Shown here piece after piece: positions 29,037 through 37,891 of a DNA stretch of 64,000 bases (position 1 is its first letter; each line of letters opens with the position of its first letter). The stretch comes from a virus. The position numbers and the translations under genes were made by a program. Location of the stretch: IMG/VR virus record IMGVR_UViG_3300045988_132585, positions 76,678 to 140,677 of that record; one strand, 5' to 3'. The notes beneath the pieces are model-generated. The model ran no database searches. It was not told the origin of the DNA and was given only the letters and a program-made list of their open reading frames with translations.

Positions 29037-29654
29037 ATGAGACGAAGATTTCAAATAGGGATGGGGGTAAATCCCTCGCTTATAATCAATAAAGGCATAT
29101 ACATCCAACATGTAGATGGAGGATTATATACAAAAGAAAATTGGTCTAATAAAGGATATTCCAATGATCTATGCAATGGAATAGCTCTTGTAGATAAAGT
29201 GTGTTTTGTTATAGCCACCGAATATATTGGCACATTTAGTTGGGGTAAGGATGGAAGAGTAGACAATGTATTTGCACAAAATAGTTCTTATATGGAGACC
29301 GTTAAAAAGGATTATTGGGGGCGTGAAAATCAGAATGCGTATCTTGAATATGATACCAGTAATGAAAATTACGCTTTTAATAAAGCTAATAGCTATTTAT
29401 TTAAAAATGGTCAAAATGGATATGTAGGTGGCGCCGGAGAGTTTTTTTTGATATCATTGTATGCGAATGAAATAAACGAATGCCTTTTAATGGTAGGAGG
29501 TACGATAATGAGTAATAAAATGTGGACATCCACTCAATCTACACAATCTACCTATTCGTGGTATTATGATATAAACATCCAAGGAGATCATTTGGATACA
29601 GGTTCAAGGGGTAGTTCACGTTATGTCCGTCCTTTTACTGAATTAATTTTATGA
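29037..29654 (+). CDS. Hypothetical protein (205 aa), N-terminus MRRRF; possible tail-fibre/receptor-binding-like accessory protein
   Basis: Start placed at the internal ATG (MRRRFQIGMG) downstream of the terminator. Aromatic and Asn/Tyr/Gly-rich, beta-type composition. Functional call is speculative. Confidence 0.4.
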   Translation: MRRRFQIGMGVNPSLIINKGIYIQHVDGGLYTKENWSNKGYSNDLCNGIALVDKVCFVIATEYIGTFSWGKDGRVDNVFAQNSSYMETVKKDYWGRENQNAYLEYDTSNENYAFNKANSYLFKNGQNGYVGGAGEFFLISLYANEINECLLMVGGTIMSNKMWTSTQSTQSTYSWYYDINIQGDHLDTGSRGSSRYVRPFTELIL

Positions 29655-29658
29655 AATT

Positions 29659-29796
29659 ATGAGAAGAAGATTTGAAAATAATGCTAAACTATATGAGTAT
29701 AAAATAGTTAGTAACTGTATAGGGGGGGGAAGTAATCGTAGAAGGAAAGAAAGTAGGCACTATTCCACAGGGCGGGCAATTTATCTTTCTGTCTAA
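29659..29796 (+). CDS. Small ORF (45 aa), N-terminus MRRRF, containing a G8 tract; possibly the 5' part of a slippage-fused gene with 29840..30397
   Basis: ATG at 29659 (MRRRFENNAKLYEYKIVSNCIGGG...). G8 run at 29722-29729. The downstream ORF's frame is open back to 29723, so a 1-nt change in tract length would fuse the two. Confidence 0.3.
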   Translation: MRRRFENNAKLYEYKIVSNCIGGGSNRRRKESRHYSTGRAIYLSV

Positions 29797-29839
29797 AAAA
29801 GAACGGCTGGATTCCATAAGTGTCCAAGGCGGTGTTCCA

Positions 29840-30397
29840 ATGGAAGATAGGCAAGAGATCGATAATAGGGTTGATACGACAGAGGAATTGCTTGAACAGG
29901 ATTCGGTGGTTCTTGATATTGCTTTAACAATCTCTCCTTATTATGGATTTAGAGTAAGTGTGATAGTACCTGATGAGTTTACGCTAAGAACAACCAATAG
30001 GATTAATAGAACCTTTTTAATAACAAGCTTTACTCCACCTGCTGCTATATACGGTGTAAACTTTGGTGATCCTATTGTCCTTAATTATGATAGTCACCAA
30101 TATGAGATGCCAGATCTTGTAATTGATGGACCTCATGATAGAATAGTTAGGGCAGATCCTAATCTTACTTGGGTTGTAAGATGTACAGACGCCGACTTTA
30201 CACCTTTGCCATATCCAGAATCATGGTCTGGCCAAGGTTTAAATTCTATGTTCTTATCAGAAATGAAACGTCTTGCTCCTGGTGATCATCATGTATCATA
30301 TACAGCTTATATTAATTTGGACTTGATAGATGATGACGGAAGTAAAGTTCATACTGAATACCTGATATTAGAAAAAACACTTAATTTTACGATATGA
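29840..30397 (+). CDS. Hypothetical protein (185 aa); frame open upstream to 29723
   Basis: ORF with ATG at 29840. The same frame has no stop from 29723 and is preceded by TAG at 29720-29722, directly abutting the G8 tract. Confidence 0.45.
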   Translation: MEDRQEIDNRVDTTEELLEQDSVVLDIALTISPYYGFRVSVIVPDEFTLRTTNRINRTFLITSFTPPAAIYGVNFGDPIVLNYDSHQYEMPDLVIDGPHDRIVRADPNLTWVVRCTDADFTPLPYPESWSGQGLNSMFLSEMKRLAPGDHHVSYTAYINLDLIDDDGSKVHTEYLILEKTLNFTI

Positions 30398-30403
30398 CAA
30401 CAG

Positions 30404-30436
30404 TCCCCAACCGTACGCCTATTGTATGGTTGGGGA
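30404..30436. terminator. Hairpin (TCCCCAACC-loop-GGTTGGGGA) at a convergent gene junction; likely bidirectional terminator
   Basis: 9-bp perfect stem with a 15-nt loop between the plus gene ending at 30397 and the minus gene ending at 30487. T-rich on the plus side. Confidence 0.45.
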
Positions 30437-30486
30437 TTGTTGTAGTTACCATCTTTTCTTGTATAAGCAGAACATGAAATAAGTTT

Positions 30487-30975
30487 CTAAGCATTAACTT
30501 CATGACCTCCCCTATCTGTGAAAACTAAACCAATACCTTCTATGATATGTCCTACTACAGGAGCTTTGTCAAATTCCTCCTTCGTAGCCCAAGTAGCATT
30601 ATCAGGCATAAGATCCTTGAATGCGTCCGAAACATCACCTTGACACCAGCAGTTATTTGATGTAACAATGCCTTTCCCTTCGATATTGATATACATTTTT
30701 CTTCCACCACATCCAAGGCTGTTCCATCCGCTCGGTACGTTTTCCACCATAGGCTTAAGCACCCAGCTTTCACCGTCTATCCTAACCCATCCAGGATCGT
30801 CTTTGTGCTTGTCGTACATATTTTGCCAAAAAGAGCATTCGTAGCACCATCCCCTGTCTTCCATGACCGTTCTTATCTCACACCTTTCAAATCCATCTGC
30901 ATCCATCGTGTGCGGAGAATGAGGCTGGTGAGGGGTGCCACATTTTGGACATACGAGTTTTAAATTATTTTTCAT
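30487..30975 (-). CDS. Cys-rich zinc-ribbon protein (162 aa)
   Basis: CPKCG ... CYEC plus further Cys/His residues. Last gene of the leftward (minus-strand) block. Confidence 0.45.
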   Translation of the reverse strand: MKNNLKLVCPKCGTPHQPHSPHTMDADGFERCEIRTVMEDRGWCYECSFWQNMYDKHKDDPGWVRIDGESWVLKPMVENVPSGWNSLGCGGRKMYINIEGKGIVTSNNCWCQGDVSDAFKDLMPDNATWATKEEFDKAPVVGHIIEGIGLVFTDRGGHEVNA

Positions 30976-30976
30976 A

Positions 30977-31213
30977 TTATTTCACTTTTACGATTTTAAT
31001 AGAATCTCCTATATTGTATTCCCCTTGGTATCCAACGAATTTTATAAGCCTATTATTATAAAATATTGAAATTCTTTCGTCTTCACCATAATACATTATA
31101 CATCCATCTTCTAAAGGACGTAGATCATATATAACCCATCCGTTATTAACCCGACTATCATCATGCGAACATGATGATAACACAAGTGCCATCAATAAAA
31201 CAAAATACTTCAT
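30977..31213 (-). CDS. Putative small lipoprotein (78 aa)
   Basis: N-terminal signal peptide MKYFVLLMALVLSSC with a lipobox-like LSSC. Confidence 0.4.
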   Translation of the reverse strand: MKYFVLLMALVLSSCSHDDSRVNNGWVIYDLRPLEDGCIMYYGEDERISIFYNNRLIKFVGYQGEYNIGDSIKIVKVK

Positions 31214-31220
31214 ATTATTT

Positions 31221-31412
31221 TCAACATAAAAATTTGTAACCTGGTTTTACAGCCTCAGCTTCTTCTCTCGTATCAAACATTAAGGTAGTGACAGCTCCTA
31301 TGCCATAACAAACGTAAGATACTTCCACCCACCACCTAAAAATCCCAGAGCCATAATCATCATAGTACGGCTCGGAAAGAATCTCTTCTACATACCCATC
31401 CAAATAATTCAC
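31221..31412 (-). CDS. Hypothetical protein (63 aa)
   Basis: ORF in the operon; ATGA overlap with the upstream gene. Confidence 0.35.
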   Translation of the reverse strand: MNYLDGYVEEILSEPYYDDYGSGIFRWWVEVSYVCYGIGAVTTLMFDTREEAEAVKPGYKFLC

Positions 31413-32131
31413 GATCGCTCCTCCTTGTTTTTAGATTCTGCCTCTTCGAGTATGCTAATTACTTTATCGACAATATCTGAATCGGACATCTTCTCAATAA
31501 AAACATCCATCGCCTTAGTTATGTCATTGGCTTCTTTTTCCTCAAGAGCTATTTCTCCACCGGTAATAGCATCAGATAATGATGTAGATAAGTGTCTTAT
31601 TTTATCAATGCTCATAAACGTAAATGGATTACCACCCCAGCCACCACCCATTTCTTTCATGATCTGATATCCACCTGAAATAAGTCTGCCTGATGTCATG
31701 GCCAAGGAGGATACGATTAGGGACAGTACCGCCGCTTCCGTCCGCTCCTCGGACACGCCCTCCGACCACACGGCTGCCCTTATAGCGCCGGCCAGGTCGT
31801 TTATGTATGGCATGAGGCAATCTTCCATCGCTTGTGTTATATCAGCTATAACCTCACTACGCTCTTTATTTATGTAGTAGATAGAAGCATTGTACCTCTT
31901 TATCTCTTTGTCCATATCATTTAAAAGACGCTTGATATTGTGCTTATACATAGGACTGGTTTTAATTACTTCCTTTAGCTTAAGAATGTAATTATAAGCC
32001 TGGTCGTTTACGAACAACGTCATGGTTTCAACCGTTGAATGAAGCGTGTTGAGGCTGTTAAGAATCTTATCGAAATTGTTTATCAAATAAGCTTTTCTGG
32101 CTTTTGCTGCGTAATTAATCATCGCATTCAA
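31409..32131 (-). CDS. Hypothetical protein (240 aa)
   Basis: Clean ORF, helical composition. Confidence 0.45.
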   Translation of the reverse strand: MNAMINYAAKARKAYLINNFDKILNSLNTLHSTVETMTLFVNDQAYNYILKLKEVIKTSPMYKHNIKRLLNDMDKEIKRYNASIYYINKERSEVIADITQAMEDCLMPYINDLAGAIRAAVWSEGVSEERTEAAVLSLIVSSLAMTSGRLISGGYQIMKEMGGGWGGNPFTFMSIDKIRHLSTSLSDAITGGEIALEEKEANDITKAMDVFIEKMSDSDIVDKVISILEEAESKNKEERS

Positions 32132-32188
32132 ATTTTAGATTTACTTTATGTTTTACAACATGATTAGTATAATATTGTATATAACCAC

Positions 32189-32497
32189 CTATGATAATTT
32201 TTCTATTTTAATTGATTTTGATGATAGATACATATTCCATGTCCCTCTGCCTCTGTCACCTTTTTCGTTTTGTTTTTGGATTGTCAAGTACAGATCTCCG
32301 TCTTCACATACTTCAACTTTTTTCAAGAAGCCTATCATTTCATCTCCTGCTTCGTGTAAAATACGGATCTTATCTCCTTCTTTTAATCCATAATTGGAAT
32401 CAAAATATTCTTTTTTGATTCTATCAATATTGTCTTTATGTTTTTTTATAGCATAAAGCTCTTTTCTTAATAAATAATTTAGTTGTTCTATTGTCAT
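32189..32497 (-). CDS. Hypothetical protein (102 aa)
   Basis: ORF with ATGA overlap to the upstream gene. Confidence 0.4.
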   Translation of the reverse strand: MTIEQLNYLLRKELYAIKKHKDNIDRIKKEYFDSNYGLKEGDKIRILHEAGDEMIGFLKKVEVCEDGDLYLTIQKQNEKGDRGRGTWNMYLSSKSIKIEKLS

Positions 32498-33039
32498 TTC
32501 TTTTCCTCCTTATTTAATGGTATTAATCCTTTCCCGTGCTTATCATACCACAGCATAGCTATACAGTTCCATGCACATTGTGCAAGATGAAAAGCTCCTG
32601 TATCTGAGTCTATTCTTTCCCCTTTCATGTATTCCATTAAGTGCCTGGCAGCCGCAGCACGATACCGTTCAAACCCGTTGTCAAGGTTCTGCCATTTATT
32701 GGGTCCGTACTTCTTTGCACCAGCATGATAGACTCTTACAATATCCTCAATCTCTTCCATTGGAAGCAAATCCCATCGTAGTTTGTCGTCAATGATGTCA
32801 TTCTTTGCCGACTTACTTTCTTTATTTTCAAAAAGAGTATTATCACTCTTAGATATATATTCAACTGGTACATCGAACTTCATACGACCTTCGTATGACA
32901 GTGTAACTTCTGTATCTCCTTTTTTGATATCCTTTTCACATGCAACCTTAAGTCCTTTTCTGGCTACTGTTACTTCACGAACATTAAGATCTCTGTTAAG
33001 AACTACATCGGTTCCTTTTTTAATAATAATATCGTCCAT
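32494..33039 (-). CDS. Hypothetical protein with C-terminal all-alpha NTP pyrophosphohydrolase (MazG-like dATP/dGTP PPase)-like region (181 aa)
   Basis: C-terminal LRWDLLPMEEIEDIVRVYHAGAKKYGPNKWQNL ... FHLAQCAWNCIAMLWY resembles phage dNTP pyrophosphohydrolase domains. Assignment is from memory only. Confidence 0.35.
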   Translation of the reverse strand: MDDIIIKKGTDVVLNRDLNVREVTVARKGLKVACEKDIKKGDTEVTLSYEGRMKFDVPVEYISKSDNTLFENKESKSAKNDIIDDKLRWDLLPMEEIEDIVRVYHAGAKKYGPNKWQNLDNGFERYRAAAARHLMEYMKGERIDSDTGAFHLAQCAWNCIAMLWYDKHGKGLIPLNKEEKK

Positions 33040-33084
33040 CTTTTATTTTGTTTTATCGTTATTTTAATTAACTGTCTAATAATA

Positions 33085-33429
33085 TCATCCATCATCTCCT
33101 ACAAAGCGATCAAATTCTTCTCCGCTCATGATAATGCGATTAATGATAATTATGCCGTTATTGCTATAACTATCATTTTTAACTCCCATGTCATCAAGCT
33201 CCTTCTTTAAATCTTCAAATGTAGGGCCTTTCTTGTCTTTAAAAAATAAAGTAGCATGCACAACCCTTCCGTCGTTTTGTTTTATTCTTACGGTATAGAC
33301 ATACCCTTTTTCATCTTCATCCTTTTTATTGGTACCATCAAGGATGCTATTTATCATATCCTTGTCCTCACGTGATAGGTTGGATATGGCTATTTTGCCC
33401 TTTAATCTAAATATTTCGTTTTCGTTCAT
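33085..33429 (-). CDS. Hypothetical protein (114 aa)
   Basis: ORF. Confidence 0.4.
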   Translation of the reverse strand: MNENEIFRLKGKIAISNLSREDKDMINSILDGTNKKDEDEKGYVYTVRIKQNDGRVVHATLFFKDKKGPTFEDLKKELDDMGVKNDSYSNNGIIIINRIIMSGEEFDRFVGDDG

Positions 33430-33713
33430 AACCTTCCATTTTTATTGTTTTCAAAATATTGTCTTACAGCTTCTATAGCCTTATCATCATCAAAAGCTTC
33501 TTCAAACTCCGTGTAGAACCTATCTCGCTCCATGCAGAATGTGTTTTTCCCTTCCGGTATAGGACGGAACACAACCACCCTCTCTTTGTCGTGGTTGGTT
33601 CCTATTATGTTATTATCTAAGATAATAGAATACCTTCTTGAACTCTTGTTGATAACAACATCATGTTGAAGACCATACAATTTAAGTATTTCCCTTAATT
33701 CATTTGTTTCCAT
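33426..33713 (-). CDS. Hypothetical protein (95 aa)
   Basis: ATGA-coupled ORF. Confidence 0.4.
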   Translation of the reverse strand: METNELREILKLYGLQHDVVINKSSRRYSIILDNNIIGTNHDKERVVVFRPIPEGKNTFCMERDRFYTEFEEAFDDDKAIEAVRQYFENNKNGRL

Positions 33714-34070
33714 TTATATTATTCCTTCCAAATTTACTTTAATAGAACCATTTATGGTTTTAATGCTCCCATCTATGGTTGAAATCACATCATCTATATC
33801 ATTTATAATACCTTCCATGTCATCAACCACCTCCTCCATATCAGTTACAGCCTGATCTGATTCCCAATATCTTTCTGAGTCTTGTAACGATTCCGGTATA
33901 TTATCTCTCGCCTCAGTCTCTTCATCTAAAATTATATCAACATCATCCTTGGCTGAATTTATGTTGTGCTTCAACTCTGACAACTTTGATTTGATGTATT
34001 CAAAATCTGTTTCGTACTTATTTACGTTGTTAATAACATCCAATATTTTTTTTCTTCTCTTGTTGTTCAT
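33714..34070 (-). CDS. Hypothetical acidic protein (118 aa)
   Basis: ORF; acidic repeats (DDxxxI). Confidence 0.4.
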   Translation of the reverse strand: MNNKRRKKILDVINNVNKYETDFEYIKSKLSELKHNINSAKDDVDIILDEETEARDNIPESLQDSERYWESDQAVTDMEEVVDDMEGIINDIDDVISTIDGSIKTINGSIKVNLEGII

Positions 34071-35491
34071 GCTTTTATCCTATTATAATATTCTATAACC
34101 TTTTCTTTTCTATCTCCTGGTTTTACTGCCATATTCTCAGCCAAGAACCTAAAATACGACACCGGTATGTCCTTGAATCTAATTCCTTCATATCTTCCAA
34201 ACCACATTATTATACTATCAAGATCGTCTTCTCTCCTACCATCTCCATTCACAGATTTAAGCGAGGCTGCCCGACGAAGGATCTCGTCTTTGGTAATAAT
34301 ATCACCCATCCTTATATTAGACAGAAGCTGATCGCCGGCAAACATACACCAGCCCTTAGAAGGGAATTGCTCGATTGTCAGGTCTTCTATCCGACCAAAG
34401 CGTCTCATGTTGTCGCAGCAATCAACTATCAGCGCCTCTTTCTTGTCAGGATGGATGCGGACGGCTCGGCCTAATATTTGGTAATATGTTGAATATGAGA
34501 ACGTTGGGCGACCAAATATCACACAATCAAGTTCAGGAAAATCAAATCCGGTAGCAAGCGTTGAATAATTAAAAACCACTTTCAACTTGCCTTCTTTGAA
34601 ATCGGATATGATTTGCTCTCTTTTCTTTTTGGTTGTTAGCGATGTTACGACGCCTGTTATAGCTCCCATCCTGGCATTCATGAACTCTGATATTCTATTG
34701 CATGATTCGATAGAATCCATGCAAACCAAAATGGCTTTACGCTCGTTCATAAGCTGAAGAAGGCGCTTGTAGATAGAGTTGTTTAAGCCGTTTCGTACAA
34801 TACTTTCTTTAATAGATTCGTTGGTGTATTCAGCTCCGGTACTATTTAACATCAGAGCCGATTCATCAAACGACCATCGTTCGTACTTAAGTGGACACCA
34901 AAACCCTTGAGAAGTTAGTTCTTGTATTTGAGTCACATGAACTATTTTCTTGAAGAAGTTATGCTCGTCTTTCGTCAGCATATTGAGCTTGCTATAGTTT
35001 CCTTCCAGCATGGAACTGTAGGTTCGGAGGCGGCAGGGAGTGGCGGTGAGGCCCAGCACCTTCGCCTCTGGAAACCCGTTCATAAACTCCATAAATTCAG
35101 AACCTTCTTCAGGAGAATATCCTGAATGACATTCGTCTATCAATAAGGTATCTATCCCTATATCCTTCAACCTCGCTACATCTTTCTTTATGCTCTTTAA
35201 TGTTGCATAAGTCATAGCCGACAGCTCCTTTATACCACATGAAGCAGAATATATAGTAGGTTCAGAACCGAATGATACGGCCTTCGCATAATTCTGCTCC
35301 AGAATCTCTTTTGAGGGCTGTAATACTAATGTCGGTCTATTTATTTCATGTGCTATCTTGGATATCAGAAGGCTCTTTCCACATCCGCATGGGGCTACGA
35401 TTATGCCAGGCTTCTTAGATCTCCCTGTAAGAAACTTAAGCCCGGCATCTACTGCCTCTTTCTGGTAAGGTCTAAGTTCAAAGCCCATCAC
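34067..35491 (-). CDS. Superfamily-2 DNA/RNA helicase (DEAD/DEAH-like)
   Basis: Motif Q/I LRPYQKEAV ... APCGCGKS (Walker A). Motif II LLIDECH. Motif III GLTATP. C-terminal helicase lobe ends in ILGRAVRI. Confidence 0.7.
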   Translation of the reverse strand: MMGFELRPYQKEAVDAGLKFLTGRSKKPGIIVAPCGCGKSLLISKIAHEINRPTLVLQPSKEILEQNYAKAVSFGSEPTIYSASCGIKELSAMTYATLKSIKKDVARLKDIGIDTLLIDECHSGYSPEEGSEFMEFMNGFPEAKVLGLTATPCRLRTYSSMLEGNYSKLNMLTKDEHNFFKKIVHVTQIQELTSQGFWCPLKYERWSFDESALMLNSTGAEYTNESIKESIVRNGLNNSIYKRLLQLMNERKAILVCMDSIESCNRISEFMNARMGAITGVVTSLTTKKKREQIISDFKEGKLKVVFNYSTLATGFDFPELDCVIFGRPTFSYSTYYQILGRAVRIHPDKKEALIVDCCDNMRRFGRIEDLTIEQFPSKGWCMFAGDQLLSNIRMGDIITKDEILRRAASLKSVNGDGRREDDLDSIIMWFGRYEGIRFKDIPVSYFRFLAENMAVKPGDRKEKVIEYYNRIKA

Positions 35492-35864
35492 AATCTATTA
35501 TATTATTTTTTGAAAGTTCTATTATCGCCTCTTTCAACATCTCCCTTGCTTTATTCTCATTATCTTCAAACAGGCATACACTGCATGTAGCACCTTTGGA
35601 GGGGTAGTCTCTGTAGGCTTCTGCTCTTTCTACAACGTACTCACAACAATAGTCGTGACTCATGTCTTTTGCTATACTTATAAAATGATCTTCTCCATCC
35701 ATCAACACGCAATATTCAGCATCGTTTTCGCATGCAATAACACCTTTGTTTTTTAAAATGGATAGCACTTTATTTCCAAAAAGTCCAATATAGACCCATA
35801 TATCTTTCCCTGCATTTTTGTAAAAAATATCCATTCCTTCTTTGATTGTGACTTTCTTTTCCAT
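35478..35864 (-). CDS. Hypothetical protein (128 aa)
   Basis: ORF. Confidence 0.4.
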   Translation of the reverse strand: MEKKVTIKEGMDIFYKNAGKDIWVYIGLFGNKVLSILKNKGVIACENDAEYCVLMDGEDHFISIAKDMSHDYCCEYVVERAEAYRDYPSKGATCSVCLFEDNENKAREMLKEAIIELSKNNIIDCDGL

Positions 35865-35870
35865 AACCCC

Positions 35871-36086
35871 TTATTTTATATCAGTAATTAAAATATATTT
35901 TTCAACAATATCTTCAAGCTCCATAGAAAATAATAAACTTGGGCTTTTTTCGTACTCGTACAGAGCGAACCCTTCCTTTATGCCTAATATCTTAATCACA
36001 TGCTTGCCTCTTTCAAATGGATCCATGAAGTAGCCTTCGTATTCGTATCTTTGACCGACTTTTATTTTGTCGATCTTCTTCTTCAT
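35871..36086 (-). CDS. Hypothetical protein (71 aa; start moved to internal Met MKKKIDK)
   Basis: Start chosen to make room for the coupled small ORFs upstream; a TAAGATG junction links it to them. Confidence 0.35.
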   Translation of the reverse strand: MKKKIDKIKVGQRYEYEGYFMDPFERGKHVIKILGIKEGFALYEYEKSPSLLFSMELEDIVEKYILITDIK

Positions 36087-36087
36087 C

Positions 36088-36186
36088 TTATACCGATCTA
36101 TTGCCCTGCTTATTTTTATAAGAGTCGTTATAAACAAGTATGATAATAAAAAAGACCGCCGCTCCTGCTATCAATGCTTCTTTCAT
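36088..36186 (-). CDS. Small hydrophobic peptide (32 aa, one TM helix)
   Basis: MKEALIAGAAVFFIIILVYNDSYKNKQGNRSV. ATGA overlap with the upstream 57-aa ORF. Not in the ORF track because it is under 60 aa. Confidence 0.3.
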   Translation of the reverse strand: MKEALIAGAAVFFIIILVYNDSYKNKQGNRSV

Positions 36187-36356
36187 TGGACTCCCTTTAA
36201 GTAGTTAAACCATATATCCTCCAGCTTCTCCTGAAGTTCAAATGCTTTCTTGAAATTCCCGCATCGTACAGCAACGTCTCTCATGTATTCTACGTTTATA
36301 ACTTCCGGATCTTGCCGGTATTTTGTTCTTAACTTTTGAACGTCCTCGTATTTCAT
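36183..36356 (-). CDS. Small hypothetical protein (57 aa)
   Basis: MKYEDVQKLRTKYRQDPEVINVEYMRDVAVRCGNFKKAFELQEKLEDIWFNYLKGVQ. ATGA overlap with the stop of the nuclease gene. Confidence 0.35.
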   Translation of the reverse strand: MKYEDVQKLRTKYRQDPEVINVEYMRDVAVRCGNFKKAFELQEKLEDIWFNYLKGVQ

Positions 36357-37372
36357 CGTTTTATCTTTTTAGACGGATCCCAATCTGAAGAGAAAGGGCA
36401 TTCGTTTTTGTTATGTAATCCAAAGTCACAATAATAACACAGTGCCGACGGGCAGGGTAGCTTGTTTTGCGAAACAGGCTGGCTTAGGGTGGCACGCCGC
36501 TTGCTATACCTGGCTCCTTCTGCCCCCTGGATGTACGCTTGAAATGTTTTTACACTATTATCTTCAAAATCATACATTTTGGATAAAGTGTCATTTAGCA
36601 TTTCTATAGATTTTGTTTTACGTTCCTCATCCACTTTAACCTTTTGGTATTGTCTGGTCCTGGTAAAGAAATAGATGTTCATATCTGGCAGAACTCCACC
36701 ATATTTTCTATAGATGTAAAACGAATATATAGGATGCTGTAAATTCGTTTCCAACTTCTTAGAATCAAAAACCTTATTCCCTGATTTCCAATCTATGACA
36801 TAATGGTGAACTATGTTCTTGCTTTTTATAGCCAGATGAAGGTCTACCGATCCTACTATGTACACATGAGTATGAACGTCACCATTTATATCAACAGGCT
36901 TAGGAAGACGGTATGGCAGCACAAAATCTTCTTCGACTCCAACTATAGCGCCGTGTCTGATAAGTTTCTCGCAGGGATTAAGATCACTATCAGTTATCAT
37001 AAACCTATTGCCGTCTTTTTTGAACAGATCCACAATCCAAGCAAGAAGTTCCCCAGATTGCTTCATGGCCATCATCATATTTTCCGGTGATTGCCAAGGT
37101 ATGTCTTCTTGGTAAGCATAGTAACTTATCGCTTCTCCAAGGTCTTTACCAGAAGGCTGTCTTCCGTTTTTAAAGAAGTATTCCAGTGTCTTATGGATAA
37201 CCGTACCATAAGATGTAGCTTCTTGTTTTTCCGTAGACCTTTTGCCCTCTACGTAAGTCTTATACCATTTCATTGGACAAGTAAGAAACGTATCTATCTG
37301 GGAATAAGATATGGCAAGACGTTTCACACCATTAAACTCCTTATATAGCAAATGTGTTTCCGGGACCATCAT
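36353..37372 (-). CDS. PD-(D/E)xK nuclease, Cas4/RecB-like, with C-terminal Cys cluster
   Basis: Motif I GTVIHKTLE. Motif II GSVDL. Motif III VIDWKSGNK. QxxxY (QHPIY). C-terminal CPSALCYYCDF...NEC cluster, Fe-S-like. Confidence 0.6.
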   Translation of the reverse strand: MMVPETHLLYKEFNGVKRLAISYSQIDTFLTCPMKWYKTYVEGKRSTEKQEATSYGTVIHKTLEYFFKNGRQPSGKDLGEAISYYAYQEDIPWQSPENMMMAMKQSGELLAWIVDLFKKDGNRFMITDSDLNPCEKLIRHGAIVGVEEDFVLPYRLPKPVDINGDVHTHVYIVGSVDLHLAIKSKNIVHHYVIDWKSGNKVFDSKKLETNLQHPIYSFYIYRKYGGVLPDMNIYFFTRTRQYQKVKVDEERKTKSIEMLNDTLSKMYDFEDNSVKTFQAYIQGAEGARYSKRRATLSQPVSQNKLPCPSALCYYCDFGLHNKNECPFSSDWDPSKKIKR

Positions 37373-37674
37373 AAGTCATTGTCTTTAAATCCTTCCGGGT
37401 AATATACGACATACTTCTTACCGTCTTCTGGTGTCATGGCAAACTGCATGTAGTTATTACGATTACGATGCTTACCATCTAATCCTCGCTTCCAATACAG
37501 AATCCCGTCTATATCCACATAAGACCGTCCGCGTTCGGTTCTAACTACGTCCGTGTGCAGCAGATACCCGTCGGAAGACACAATCCATACTTTATCTCCT
37601 TTGTTTAAATAAGATATTCTTTTTCTTACAACAACCTTTTTCTTATTATCCAATACAAATTCCTCGTCAGTCAT
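37369..37674 (-). CDS. Hypothetical protein (about 101 aa; start at internal ATG MTDEEF)
   Basis: ATGA overlap with the nuclease gene. Start moved because an upstream 34-aa acidic ORF ends in an ATGA overlap at 37672. Confidence 0.4.
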   Translation of the reverse strand: MTDEEFVLDNKKKVVVRKRISYLNKGDKVWIVSSDGYLLHTDVVRTERGRSYVDIDGILYWKRGLDGKHRNRNNYMQFAMTPEDGKKYVVYYPEGFKDNDL

Positions 37675-37891
37675 ACTCTTCATCCTCCTCTTCTTCTGTT
37701 TCAAAATCAATTCCATAACACTGATCATAATGCTTGGTCAGTTCTTCTGGTTCTAAATCTTGTCCAAAATCCATGTTAAAAATATCGTAATTAGTAAAGC
37801 ACTTAAAATCACTGTCCCTGCCGGCAGGAAATCTATGAATGCTGCTTTTGCTTCTTTAATTAGGCCCAAGTGTAACCTTGGACCATTGTAT

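Noticed and set aside
31425-32418. Plus-strand ORFs inside the minus-strand block (31425..31667, 32148..32393, 32212..32418, 32571..33067, 34922..35125 and similar)
   Set aside because: They are antisense to well-formed minus-strand genes and have biased Ser/Leu/Phe composition, so they are treated as spurious.
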